Shown: piece after piece, positions 1-9,375 of the stretch
Layout of the letters: each line of letters opens with the position of its first letter
How positions within the stretch are numbered: position 1 is the first letter of the stretch
Assembly: GCA_046760155.1 (NCBI GenBank)
Contig: JBHIDQ010000003.1
Span: 1 to 34,100, forward strand
DNA length: 34,100 nucleotides
Reading direction: 5' to 3'
From: Dehalococcoidales bacterium
GTDB taxonomy: Bacteria; Chloroflexota; Dehalococcoidia; Dehalococcoidales; RBG-16-60-22
Notes under the pieces: generated by a model
The model's database searches: none
What the model was told of the DNA's origin: nothing
What the model saw: the letters and a program-made list of their open reading frames with translations, nothing else
Position numbers and translations under genes: made by a program

Positions 1-1580
1 ACCCACTTCTTGGGTAGTCGGGAAAGAAAGTTAAAGGATTTAGTTGCCCCTGATTTTAGTTGGGCGGTGGTTTTGGGCATCGGATTGGTCAGCTTTTTCC
101 GACTCAAAAATATCGCCGTGGCCAGGACTGAATAGTAAATCCATATCAGAGTGGGGTCAATTGTACCTACCTCAATAAAGGCTAGTGGGGAGGCACCCAG
201 ACCGTTAACCACTAATAACAGGTATGACAGGAAGAGCCAGGCCAGCCAGCCGACAACCTGAGCGGCGGGTAGAAAAATAAGCCCAAAACCTCCGGTGAGC
301 ACGCCGGTAATGATAAGGCCGGGCAGTGCCGGCAGGGCAAGGAAGGTGGCCGGCAGGCCGACAAAAGAAATAATGCCGAAGTAATAAGCAACCACTGGCC
401 AGACGGCGATGATTGCCGCTAGGGTGACACTGAGGCTATCGCTGGCAATATTAGCTGCTGATACCAGTACTCCATCTTCACCAAGGGTAGTCCTGACTGC
501 CTTTCTACCCAGTGTTTGGAAGGCGGGAGAAAGAAAAACCAGACCAGCCATGGCCAGGAAACTCAACTGGAAGGCAGCATCCCCCAGAATATACGGACTG
601 ATGCCCACCATTACCGCGGCAGCGAAAGTCAGTGCTGTGATGGCACTGCGCTGTCTACCCAAAAGCTCGGCGGTCAGGAACAGGCTTGCCATGATGGCAC
701 CCCGCACCACTGGTGGGTGCATGCCAGTGAGCAAAGCGTAAAGCCAGATTATGCCTAGCGCCAGCCAGATGTAGCAGTAGTGTCGGCGGCCAAAGAGCCA
801 GATGCCGATGCTGAGCAACATGCCCGCAATGATACTGAGGTGGAGACCGGATATTGCCAGGAGGTGAGCGGTGCCGGTGTAGACGAAGTCGGTTTTGATG
901 GCTAGTGGAATGTTGCCCCGAATACCCAAAATGATACCCTGTGCCAGTGATGCCTGTGGCTCAGGCAGTGCCATCGACAGAGTTTGGGCGAAATGGTTTC
1001 TTAGTGAGTAGACCCATTCCAAAGGCTTAAAGCCCCTTCCTCTTGCCTCGATGTCTATTTTCGGGTAAAGCATAGTAGTATAGATTCCCTGGTGCGCGAG
1101 GTAACCTTGATAGTCGAAGTCATTGAACTGGGCAGGTGTCTCCAGCTTCCCGGTTACCCGGAGCACATCGCCATACTGATAAGTAGGGTATCTGGGCACA
1201 AAGAGCAGAGCGGTGCCTTTAACCGGCTGCCACTCTCCATCCAGTTTTATTTCGCTGGCTTGCAGGTGGAGATGAGTGCTTTTGTCTCTAATCTCGGGGT
1301 CCCTGGAGATAAATCCTTTGATTTCGCTAATGCCGCTATCGTTGTAGAACCGCAGGTCACTTTCAGTAACCGTATGCTGACTTGAGTAGGCGTAGGTAGT
1401 GGCGGCGAAGAAGGCAATGAGGCTGAGACTACTTAAGATTATTATCTTCTTATGTTGACGGATGAAGAAAAGCAGGGGGAGGGGGATAAGACCAGTGAGG
1501 ACAAAGGCTAGGGGCAAGCTGAACTTTGCTCCCAGAAAGATACCCGCCACCCAGGCACCACTGAGACAAACAAGTGCCAC
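1..1580 (-). CDS. comEC: ComEC/Rec2 DNA uptake channel (C-terminus runs off the window)
   Basis: Not in the ORF track. My minus-strand translation from GTG at 1580 gives MALVCLSGAWVAGIFLG..., an OB-like region with FDYQGYL, then the competence-domain motif GTAHLLAISGLH and many TM segments. It lies directly downstream of comEA. Confidence 0.92.
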   Translation of the reverse strand, partial: MALVCLSGAWVAGIFLGAKFSLPLAFVLTGLIPLPLLFFIRQHKKIIILSSLSLIAFFAATTYAYSSQHTVTESDLRFYNDSGISEIKGFISRDPEIRDKSTHLHLQASEIKLDGEWQPVKGTALLFVPRYPTYQYGDVLRVTGKLETPAQFNDFDYQGYLAHQGIYTTMLYPKIDIEARGRGFKPLEWVYSLRNHFAQTLSMALPEPQASLAQGIILGIRGNIPLAIKTDFVYTGTAHLLAISGLHLSIIAGMLLSIGIWLFGRRHYCYIWLALGIIWLYALLTGMHPPVVRGAIMASLFLTAELLGRQRSAITALTFAAAVMVGISPYILGDAAFQLSFLAMAGLVFLSPAFQTLGRKAVRTTLGEDGVLVSAANIASDSLSVTLAAIIAVWPVVAYYFGIISFVGLPATFLALPALPGLIITGVLTGGFGLIFLPAAQVVGWLAWLFLSYLLLVVNGLGASPLAFIEVGTIDPTLIWIYYSVLATAIFLSRKKLTNPMPKTTAQLKSGATKSFNFLSRLPKKW

Positions 1581-1661
1581 GAGCTTCCATCCTGATGAAA
1601 GGTTTACATAACTCTAAAAACAAATCAAAGCTAACTAGCTACGAATTGTTTCCCCAAAGTT

Positions 1662-2165
1662 TTAGTCAGCTACTGTAATCAGGTGTTCAATTCTCTCGTA
1701 GGTAGCCGTGCCGATGCCTTCTACCTTGATCAGCTCATCGATGTTGCGAAATCGCCCGTTTTGCTGGCGATAGTCAATAATGGCTTGAGCCCTGACTTCA
1801 CCAATGCCGGGTAGTGCTTGCAATAGCCAGGCTTCCGCCCGATTCAGGTTGACTTTTTGTGGTGGCTCTACTTTAGCCACCTCGGGAATGTAGAGCTTAA
1901 GGTGGTTGAAATCAGCCTCGGTGGTAGTCCCACCTGCCGCCTGAATAATATCGTCTACGGTGTCCCCCGATTTTAATGAATAGAAGCCGGGGTTAGTGAC
2001 GGCACCACCAATGTAGATTTTGCCCTGTAGTTCTTGGCTAGGGGATAGCGAAATTTCTATCGGTTGACTTGGTCGGTATTTTGACCAAATTATCAGGCTA
2101 CCAACGGCAATGATAACTATCAGGATAATAATAAGCAGTGCCCAGAACTTATTAGACTTAGTCAT
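1662..2165 (-). CDS. comEA: ComEA DNA-binding competence protein (TM anchor, SLBB, helix-hairpin-helix)
   Basis: N-terminal TM helix; GAVTNPGFY SLBB motif; VNLNRA...LPGIGEVRAQAIIDYR...VEGIG HhH motifs; SD GGAGG. Confidence 0.95.
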   Translation of the reverse strand: MTKSNKFWALLIIILIVIIAVGSLIIWSKYRPSQPIEISLSPSQELQGKIYIGGAVTNPGFYSLKSGDTVDDIIQAAGGTTTEADFNHLKLYIPEVAKVEPPQKVNLNRAEAWLLQALPGIGEVRAQAIIDYRQQNGRFRNIDELIKVEGIGTATYERIEHLITVAD

Positions 2166-2221
2166 GGAAGCCTCCTACCGTTAGCTCTATTTAGCATAAA
2201 ATGGGCAGAGCATTATGGATT

Positions 2222-2884
2222 TTAGGTGCTGGTCAGGGCGGCTCGCAGTTCTGCTTCTAATTCAGGAGTGGTCAGAGCGATGACTTGGTCTCCTTCGCGG
2301 AGGACAGTACTGGGAGTAGGGATGCGAGGCTTGCGGTCTCTAGGAATGACCAGCGCCAGTTTGCTCCCTTCTGGTAATGGAATTTCCTTAACTAATTTGC
2401 CGATGATAGCTGAGTTAGGTGGAATTCTGACTTCGACAATTTCCAGACCCTTATCGCTAAGGGTTAATAAGTGCGTCAATGGGTGCGTGGGCACTTCTTT
2501 TTCGATGGCTTCAAGGATGATATCAGTGGTGCTTACGGTAACATCTACCCCTAGTTTCTTGAAGATAGCCTCGTTTTGCGGATTTCTGATGCGGGCGATA
2601 GTGCGGGGCACATTGAATTTATACTTGGCTACCTGGCAGGCAACTAAATTATCTTCATCGTCTCCGGTTACGGCCACCAGCATATCAGCTCGACCGGTGC
2701 CGACATCAGCCAAGGTGACTGCCTCACAGCCATCACCACGGACGCAGACACTACCCATTTCTTCATTGATGATCTCGCAAAAGGTGGCGTTTTTTTCGAT
2801 GATAAGCACTTCATGCCCCTCATCTAGGAGAGCTCTGGCGAGATAGTAACCAACCCTACCACCACCGACAATGATGATGTACAT
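2222..2884 (-). CDS. trkA: TrkA/KtrA-family regulatory subunit (RCK_N + RCK_C)
   Basis: IIVGGGRVG Rossmann motif; VAVTGDDEDNLVAC; C-terminal TrkA_C domain (LREGDQVI). Confidence 0.9.
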   Translation of the reverse strand: MYIIIVGGGRVGYYLARALLDEGHEVLIIEKNATFCEIINEEMGSVCVRGDGCEAVTLADVGTGRADMLVAVTGDDEDNLVACQVAKYKFNVPRTIARIRNPQNEAIFKKLGVDVTVSTTDIILEAIEKEVPTHPLTHLLTLSDKGLEIVEVRIPPNSAIIGKLVKEIPLPEGSKLALVIPRDRKPRIPTPSTVLREGDQVIALTTPELEAELRAALTST

Positions 2885-2891
2885 TATTTCC

Positions 2892-3290
2892 TCAGCTCTC
2901 TATCTTTTCCTTCACCAGTTGGGCAAAGATGGTGGTTGGACTAAAAGCTTCGATACCCAGAGTATCGTATAACTCCTGGCGCAAAGGGTCATAGATGCGG
3001 CAGATTACTCTGGGCACATTGAAGATGTGTTTGGCAATCTGAGCAGCCATAACATTGCGATTATCCCCCTGGGTTAGGGCGACAAAGACATCGGCTTCTT
3101 CAATACCGGCCCTTTTCAATGCTGCTTCGTCAATACCGTTGCCAAGTAGTGCTGTGCCCCCGAAGGTGGAGGACAATCTGCGGAAACTATAAGCGTCAAC
3201 GTCTAGAACGGTAATATCGTGTCCGTCAGCATCCAGCAGTCCGGCGAGTTGAGCGCCGACTCGTCCACAGCCCATAATTATTACTTTCAT
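2892..3290 (-). CDS. trkA: TrkA-family protein, RCK_N domain only
   Basis: MKVIIMGCGRVG Rossmann motif; ALTQGDNRN. ATG at 3290 is preferred over the track start at 3302. Confidence 0.88.
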   Translation of the reverse strand: MKVIIMGCGRVGAQLAGLLDADGHDITVLDVDAYSFRRLSSTFGGTALLGNGIDEAALKRAGIEEADVFVALTQGDNRNVMAAQIAKHIFNVPRVICRIYDPLRQELYDTLGIEAFSPTTIFAQLVKEKIES

Positions 3291-3311
3291 AAGTAATCCC
3301 AATTATAGTGC

Positions 3312-3728
3312 TTATTCTTGATACAGAATCACCGGACAGGGGGAATTTTTCAGCACATAAGGCACGACATTACCCAGGCTAAATTGCCCGAAGCGTCGCT
3401 TGTACTTGATACCCATCAAGATTAAGTCAACTTTTCTTTCTACTGCCTCATCGATAATCGCTGGGCCTGCCTCACGGGCTTGAAGCACATCAGTCTCTAC
3501 CTCATAGTCTTGTTCTTCGGCAACCATTTCTATGTGGTCTAGTATGCCTTCGGCTTTTTCAATTTCAGGCTTAATTTCGGCATCCAGAGGCAGGGCACGC
3601 TTTATGGTGATGACATAAAACGCCCAAATTTTACCCTTATCTCTCTTGGCCAGCCTACAGGCTAGCTTCATTGCTTCTTCGTCAGCTTCAGTACCAACCA
3701 CGGGCACAAGGATTTTACGAATCTCCAT
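3312..3728 (-). CDS. Universal stress protein (USP)
   Basis: ILVPV at the N-terminus; DLILMG...SLGNVVPYVLKNSPCPV C-terminal USP signature. Confidence 0.9.
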   Translation of the reverse strand: MEIRKILVPVVGTEADEEAMKLACRLAKRDKGKIWAFYVITIKRALPLDAEIKPEIEKAEGILDHIEMVAEEQDYEVETDVLQAREAGPAIIDEAVERKVDLILMGIKYKRRFGQFSLGNVVPYVLKNSPCPVILYQE

Positions 3729-3753
3729 CGCTTTCTACGGTTTTTATTTGGGT

Positions 3754-3782
3754 ATTATAATCCTCTTGGCCAAAATCTACAA
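3754..3782 (-). promoter_or_regulatory. Possible internal sigma70 promoter for usp-trkA-trkA
   Basis: Minus strand TTGTAG-17 nt-TATAAT in the 77-bp gap between the permease and USP genes. Confidence 0.45.
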
Positions 3783-3805
3783 TATACCTGATGGTAATTT
3801 TTTAA

Positions 3806-5257
3806 TTATTTTTCTTGGTTTCTTGGGGTATAGGTTAGTGGGAAGCCTTCTCTACGTCGATAAAGATAATAAATGATCAGGCCGACAACCATCCAGGCAA
3901 GACCGACCCACCGGCTATAGGGCTGGGTAATCAATATGATAAGCCAGATTACGGCTAATGCGGTGATACCTAAGATGGCACTTATTGGCAGTTCACGTCC
4001 CTTGACTTTTATATTCCAGCGGAGTTTGAAAGGGCGGGGTAGTTCTGGTTTTCTGATTCTCAGGCTAAGGATGGAGGCATGGGCAAACATAAAGGCGAGT
4101 AAAGAACCAACAGCGTATAAGGCTCCCATGTTCTTGAAGACATTAGCCTCAAAAAAGCCGGGAATTAAGATGAGAATGGCAACTATGCTGAATAAAATTA
4201 TTGAGATGTATGGGGTCTTAAATCGGGGATGTATTCGACTAAGCGCCGGTGGTAATAGCTTGTGGCTTCCCAGTGAGAAGGCGAGTCTGGAGATGCCAAT
4301 AAGCCCGGCATTAGTGGCTATCAGCAGAATAGTACCCGCTAGTATAGCGATTAGAGGTTTGAGAACATTGCTTATTAGCTCTACGGGTAATTTGGCGGCA
4401 ATACCGGCTACAGGGTCCCTAGACCACTCGGAAGCAAGCTCTTGAGGCGACATGGCGGATAAGGATACCAGTGAAATGCCAGCGAAGATAACCAGAACGG
4501 CAACTATCATCATCACCAGTGCTCTAGGTACTCTTATTTCAGGTCGTCTCGTTTCTTCCGCCATTTGAGACATAGTTTCAATCCCGGTATAGGCAATGGC
4601 GGCTAAGGCAATGCCAATGATCAGATTTTCTGGTGCTGGCCAGTTATCGAGAATGCGGTGAATTAGAACCGGTGGATTGAACAGCAGGATAAAGCCAATA
4701 ACTACCAGCGAAACTTGAGTGGTTATATCCAGTACCGCGGCGCTTATATTAATAAAGGAAGTCTCCTTAATGCCGATGACATTTATTATCATGAGGAAGA
4801 TCACAATTGCCATCGAGGCAATGGTGCCAATGGTAGGAGAGTCTTTGAACGGCTCCCAAAAATAGCCCAAATAGGGTGGAATGGTGAAAGCCGAGATTGA
4901 GATAGTAACAATGTAGCTTAGCATCAGTGCCCAACCAGCGACGAAACCAGCCAGGTCATTGAAGCCATGGCGGGCAAAACTGGCTGACCCACCGGCCTCG
5001 GGCAGCGTGGCCGTACCTTCCGCATAGGTAAGGGCGGTGAAAATAAAGAGGACACCAGCAAAGCCTAGTGCGACGGGAGTCGCTCCCATAGCCACTAGGG
5101 CAACAATTCCCAGAGCATAGTAGATGGAGGAGCCAACATTCCCATATCCAGCGCTAAATACGGCGGGAATTCCCAGTACTCGCCTTAAGCGGAATTGTTT
5201 GATTCTTCGGGGACGAAAGACTCTATCACCGGGTTTAGGTCGCCAACTATTCTGCAT
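3806..5257 (-). CDS. APC-superfamily permease (amino acid or possibly K+ transporter)
   Basis: About 12 TM helices; GYGNVGSSIYY in TM1; PEAGGS; YTGIETMSQMAEE in TM6; HPRFKTP; RPF motifs typical of APC transporters. Confidence 0.9.
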   Translation of the reverse strand: MQNSWRPKPGDRVFRPRRIKQFRLRRVLGIPAVFSAGYGNVGSSIYYALGIVALVAMGATPVALGFAGVLFIFTALTYAEGTATLPEAGGSASFARHGFNDLAGFVAGWALMLSYIVTISISAFTIPPYLGYFWEPFKDSPTIGTIASMAIVIFLMIINVIGIKETSFINISAAVLDITTQVSLVVIGFILLFNPPVLIHRILDNWPAPENLIIGIALAAIAYTGIETMSQMAEETRRPEIRVPRALVMMIVAVLVIFAGISLVSLSAMSPQELASEWSRDPVAGIAAKLPVELISNVLKPLIAILAGTILLIATNAGLIGISRLAFSLGSHKLLPPALSRIHPRFKTPYISIILFSIVAILILIPGFFEANVFKNMGALYAVGSLLAFMFAHASILSLRIRKPELPRPFKLRWNIKVKGRELPISAILGITALAVIWLIILITQPYSRWVGLAWMVVGLIIYYLYRRREGFPLTYTPRNQEK

Positions 5258-5297
5258 GTTATTTATTTGTTTTAACTTTTATTGATTGCAATGAGCT

Positions 5298-5326
5298 ATT
5301 TTATTCCCCTTTTTGCTGACTGTCAA
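5298..5326 (-). promoter_or_regulatory. sigma70 promoter of the APC-USP-TrkA operon
   Basis: Minus strand TTGACA (5326-5321), 17 nt, TAAAAT (5303-5298). Confidence 0.7.
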
Positions 5327-5350
5327 CCATTACTATTGGTACCACTGGTA

Positions 5351-5379
5351 TTGACAAATGGCACTTTTTCGGCTATAAT
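5351..5379 (+). promoter_or_regulatory. Perfect-consensus sigma70 promoter of the HTH gene
   Basis: TTGACA (5351-5356), 17 nt, TATAAT (5374-5379). Confidence 0.8.
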
Positions 5380-5412
5380 ATAAGCCAAATGTCATAGGAA
5401 ATAAGTCAGTCT

Positions 5413-5712
5413 ATGATTATAAAGACCAGAGTTTTTGAGTTGTGTAACGGGAACTTCCGGAACTTATCTGAACTAGCCCACGCTATGGGTTTATCAGTAA
5501 GTCAGGTTTACCGTGTACGCGAAGGGAAGCGTAGCATCAATCAAAAATTCATCATTGGAGCGAAGAAGGCCTTTCCCAGTTACAGGCTTGATGACCTTTT
5601 TTACCTAGATGAAGAAGGGATGTTAATTGGCGGTAAAATAGAGCCAGCTGTCACGGAACGCTATCGTCACATCGTTCGGCAATATAGTAACTCAAATTTG
5701 CCTGGGAAATGA
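5413..5712 (+). CDS. Small XRE/Cro-like helix-turn-helix protein
   Basis: LSELAHAMGLSVSQVYRVREGKR is an HTH pattern; LDDLF tail; has its own consensus promoter. Confidence 0.8.
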   Translation: MIIKTRVFELCNGNFRNLSELAHAMGLSVSQVYRVREGKRSINQKFIIGAKKAFPSYRLDDLFYLDEEGMLIGGKIEPAVTERYRHIVRQYSNSNLPGK

Positions 5713-5767
5713 AGAGGGTTGATTGGGGTGGGGAAGGTGTCAAACGATCGAAAAATTCAAATCGTTT

Positions 5768-6256
5768 TCATAACTGAGTTTCTTCTGGTTCAATCTTGTG
5801 TAGCTGATCTATACTTTCGAGGTGGTCAAGGTAAAGAATCCCATTGAGGTGGTCTATCTCGTGTTCTAGAGCTTGCGCCAGAAGTCCGTCAGCTTTAATT
5901 CGGATTTCCTTTCCATTTGGTTCACGTCCTTTGACGGTAACTGATTCGGCACGCTTAACTTGTCCCAAATAGCCGGGAACACTGAGGCAGCCTTCATCTA
6001 TTAAGCGTTCGCCTTTCCGACGCACTATCTCTGGATTGATGATAGCAATGTCTTCTTCTTCAGGCAAACTAATAACAATGATCCGTAAGGGAATTCCTAT
6101 CTGTGGTGCGGCTAATCCCACCCGCCCCTGCTCGGCATGCAGCGTCTCAATCATATCGCGTATTAGCTTCTTAATTGAGCGATCAACATTCCTGACCCGT
6201 TTTGCTTTCTGCTTCAGTACGGGGTCAGGAAGAGTACGAATCGGGAAGACTGCCAT
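5768..6256 (-). CDS. def: Peptide deformylase
   Basis: GLAAPQ, EGCLS and HEIDHLNG motifs. Confidence 0.97.
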   Translation of the reverse strand: MAVFPIRTLPDPVLKQKAKRVRNVDRSIKKLIRDMIETLHAEQGRVGLAAPQIGIPLRIIVISLPEEEDIAIINPEIVRRKGERLIDEGCLSVPGYLGQVKRAESVTVKGREPNGKEIRIKADGLLAQALEHEIDHLNGILYLDHLESIDQLHKIEPEETQL

Positions 6257-6303
6257 ACATCTCCTTGAAATAATCGTTTAGACTGCAATTCATTTAAAGT
6301 TTA

Positions 6304-8739
6304 CTAAAGCAGGTTTACTGGGTCAATGTCTATCGTCCAGCCTTGAGGAAGAGAGATTGGGGAGAGAAAAGCAGGGAGCTCAGTGCCACGGAGGATGAGC
6401 TGCCAGCGAAACCTACCCCGCAGCCGGTGAATAAATGCTGGCGCTGGACCGATTAGACTAAGGTCAGCTATTCCCTTGGCATCTCTGTTGGCAATAAGCT
6501 GGTTTCTTACTCTTTCTGCCTCTCGCTGGCAGAGCGCATCGTTGGTATGGTTATAGGTAAGTAACGCTAGTTGAGTGAAAGGAGGATTTTGTAGCTGGTG
6601 TCGATAGTTAATTTCTTTAGCATAGAAAGAGGCATAATCATGTTTTGCCGCTGCTTGGATGGCGTAATGTTCTGGAGAAAATGTCTGGATGATAACCTGT
6701 CCACCTAAAGGACCACGCCCCGCTCTTCCCGCCACTTGGCTTAAGAGTTGGAAAGTTCTCTCTCCGGCACGGAAGTCGGGCAGGTGTAAACTGGTATCAG
6801 CGCTAACCACCCCCACTAGGGTAACCTGAGGTAAATCCAATCCCTTGGCCACCATTTGTGTGCCAATGAGAATATCAGCCTGGTGGGCACGGAATTTACT
6901 CAGTATTGACTCATGTGATTCCTTACGTTTCGTCATATCACTATCCCAGCGCAGCATCCGAGCTTGGGGGAAAGAATAGTTAGCTTCTTGTTCTAGTTTC
7001 TGGGTGCCAACACCTAAAGATTTTATCTGGTGGCTGGAACACCGAGGGCAGCTCTGAGGTAGCAGGGTTTTATAGTTACACTGATGGCAGACTAAAACAT
7101 CCTCGGCAAAATGGTGGCTGAGGGTAACCTCGCAGCGTCGGCAGCGGAGCACGAAACCGCAACTACGGCATTGGATAAAGGTAGTCCCGCCTCTTCGATT
7201 AAGGAATAAAATCACCTGCTCACCACTCGCTACCGCTTTGGCAGTAGCTTGCGCTAAGGAGCGGCTGAAAATACTCCGGTTCCCCGCCTTGAGTTCTTCC
7301 CTTAGATCAACCACCTCAACCTGAGGCAGGGGTGATTTTTCCGTGGGGACAACTCGTTCTGGAAGTTGAAGCAAGTGATAGTTTCCATTTTGGGTATGGT
7401 AGAAGGTTTCGACATCAGGGGTAGCACTGCCTAGGATAACTACCGCCCCGGTTAACTCGGCCAACTTTACGGCCACATTACGAGCGTGGTAGTGGGGTGA
7501 TTTGTCCTGCTGTTTATAGGTCCATTCGTGTTCCTCATCAATAACGATGAGCCCTATTTTCGGTTGGGGAGCAAAAATGGCACTCCGGGGGCCAATGACA
7601 ACATCAAATTCCTCATCTTTTATTCGTTGCCATTCATCGAATTGCTCTCCTGTCGAGAGCTGGCTGTGCAGGACAGCTACCCTATAGGGAAATCGTGCTG
7701 CAAATCGCTCTATCGTTTGTGGGGTGAGGGCAATTTCGGGTACTAAGGCGATACCTCGCTTGCCCGACTTTACTGTCTCGGCTAGTGCTTGTAGGTATAT
7801 CTCTGTCTTGCCGCTGCCAGTGATCCCGTGAAGTAAAAAAACCTTTGGTTGTGTCCTTGTTTCATGTATTGCGTCTCGGATAAACTTGAAGGCTGCTTCC
7901 TGGGCTGTCGTCAGTTTTAGTGGCGAAGATGGAGTAATATGTTGATAGGAAATCGGCTCACGCTTTATTTCAATCTGTTGAAATGCGACTAAGCCTTTGC
8001 GGGCTAGAGTATCAGCCACTGCTTTTTCACAGTCTGTCTTCTGTCTGGCTTCGGCCCAGGGTACTGGTTTGGACTGTTGTGCTAAGAAGTCAAGCAGATT
8101 CGCCTGCTTAGCTGCTCTTTTCTCCTGTAGCTCGATTGCCATCTCTTGGGCTTGGCTGGTGGTAACATTAAGACGCAGGTAAGGTACTCTTTTGGGACTG
8201 ATCTTAACTGGCTCCAATTCATAATTTCTAATGGCAAGTCCACGCACTACCAATTGGGAAACGATAGTCTGGGCTTTCTTTTTACCTAATCTCTTCTCTA
8301 GCTCCTTCAGGCTGGTTTTACCCTGTTTTTGGACTAACTCAAAGACCTGCCTCTGTGCTGGGGAAAGAGAAGACAGAGCTTGGGTATCGTGGTTTGGGGT
8401 CGTCGAGATAAAAGTAAGCGCTTTCCGCTCAAATCCTGGCGGTAGCATCAAGGCCACGGCATCAAAAAGGGGGGAGAGATAGTAATCGCTTATCCAGCGA
8501 GCTAGCATAACCTGGACTGGGGATAATAGTGGACGGGACTCGATGACATCAATTATTTCTCTGGTTTCCTCTACCGTGGGGTAGGGACTTAGTTCTAAGA
8601 CGATACCCTGGAGTATTTTTTCACCAAAGGGAACCCATACCGCTTGCCCGACATCCACACTTAAACCAGAGGGTATGGCATAACTAAAGGTTCGGCGCTG
8701 GGCTACCGGCGAATTAACACTGACCTCAGCATATCTCAT
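6304..8739 (-). CDS. priA: Primosomal protein N' (replication restart helicase)
   Basis: GITGSGKTE, DEEHE, SATP, LNRRG, four CxxC pairs, GTQMVAKGLD and QVAGRAGR. Confidence 0.98.
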   Translation of the reverse strand: MRYAEVSVNSPVAQRRTFSYAIPSGLSVDVGQAVWVPFGEKILQGIVLELSPYPTVEETREIIDVIESRPLLSPVQVMLARWISDYYLSPLFDAVALMLPPGFERKALTFISTTPNHDTQALSSLSPAQRQVFELVQKQGKTSLKELEKRLGKKKAQTIVSQLVVRGLAIRNYELEPVKISPKRVPYLRLNVTTSQAQEMAIELQEKRAAKQANLLDFLAQQSKPVPWAEARQKTDCEKAVADTLARKGLVAFQQIEIKREPISYQHITPSSPLKLTTAQEAAFKFIRDAIHETRTQPKVFLLHGITGSGKTEIYLQALAETVKSGKRGIALVPEIALTPQTIERFAARFPYRVAVLHSQLSTGEQFDEWQRIKDEEFDVVIGPRSAIFAPQPKIGLIVIDEEHEWTYKQQDKSPHYHARNVAVKLAELTGAVVILGSATPDVETFYHTQNGNYHLLQLPERVVPTEKSPLPQVEVVDLREELKAGNRSIFSRSLAQATAKAVASGEQVILFLNRRGGTTFIQCRSCGFVLRCRRCEVTLSHHFAEDVLVCHQCNYKTLLPQSCPRCSSHQIKSLGVGTQKLEQEANYSFPQARMLRWDSDMTKRKESHESILSKFRAHQADILIGTQMVAKGLDLPQVTLVGVVSADTSLHLPDFRAGERTFQLLSQVAGRAGRGPLGGQVIIQTFSPEHYAIQAAAKHDYASFYAKEINYRHQLQNPPFTQLALLTYNHTNDALCQREAERVRNQLIANRDAKGIADLSLIGPAPAFIHRLRGRFRWQLILRGTELPAFLSPISLPQGWTIDIDPVNLL

Positions 8740-8826
8740 CTACGTGCTCCAGCCACTTCTCGGTTCCAACTTTGCCCAGCGTTATGGTAAGTGGTGTTTT
8801 AGTAACGTGGTGGCACCAGTAGGTAA

Positions 8827-9375
8827 TTATTCTGGCTTATTTTCTGGTTCTTCTTGAATTGGTTCATCTTCAACTTGTGTTGCTTCCGGCTCTTCTTGAA
8901 TTAACTCTTCTTGAGCTTGTTCGGCTTCTGGCCCTTGAACTAGCTCCTCTTGAGTTGATACTGGTTCCAGCTCAGCTTGGACAGGTTCCGGCTCGACCTC
9001 TACTGGTCGAGCTTTTGCCAATTCCTTTTCTCTGTCTACCCGTCTTTCTTTAATGCGGGCTGCCTTACCACTGCGTCCACGCAGGTAATAGAGCTTGGCC
9101 CGGCGTACTTTCCCGTGCCGTATTACTTCCACTTTTTCGATACGTGGTGAATATAAGGGGAAGGTGCGCTCAACACCAACACCATAAGCAATGCGTCTTA
9201 CCGTAAAACTGGCACCAGTTCCGCCACGTTGTAGCTTAATGACCACTCCCTGAAATGGCTGGAGGCGTTCCTTGCCACCTTCAACAACCTTAGTCCTGAC
9301 CCTTACCGTGTCACCGGGGGCGATATCAGGAATCTTGGGATTTGTTTTGACTTTGATTAATGATGCCACATTCAT
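8827..9375 (-). CDS. rplS: 50S ribosomal protein L19 with an acidic C-terminal extension
   Basis: [22 protein letters not shown] and [12 protein letters not shown]; follows trmD with an ATGA overlap. Confidence 0.97.
   Translation of the reverse strand: MNVASLIKVKTNPKIPDIAPGDTVRVRTKVVEGGKERLQPFQGVVIKLQRGGTGASFTVRRIAYGVGVERTFPLYSPRIEKVEVIRHGKVRRAKLYYLRGRSGKAARIKERRVDREKELAKARPVEVEPEPVQAELEPVSTQEELVQGPEAEQAQEELIQEEPEATQVEDEPIQEEPENKPE

Noticed and set aside
409-1385. Plus-strand ORFs at 409, 516 and 1092
   Set aside because: Antisense shadows of comEC.
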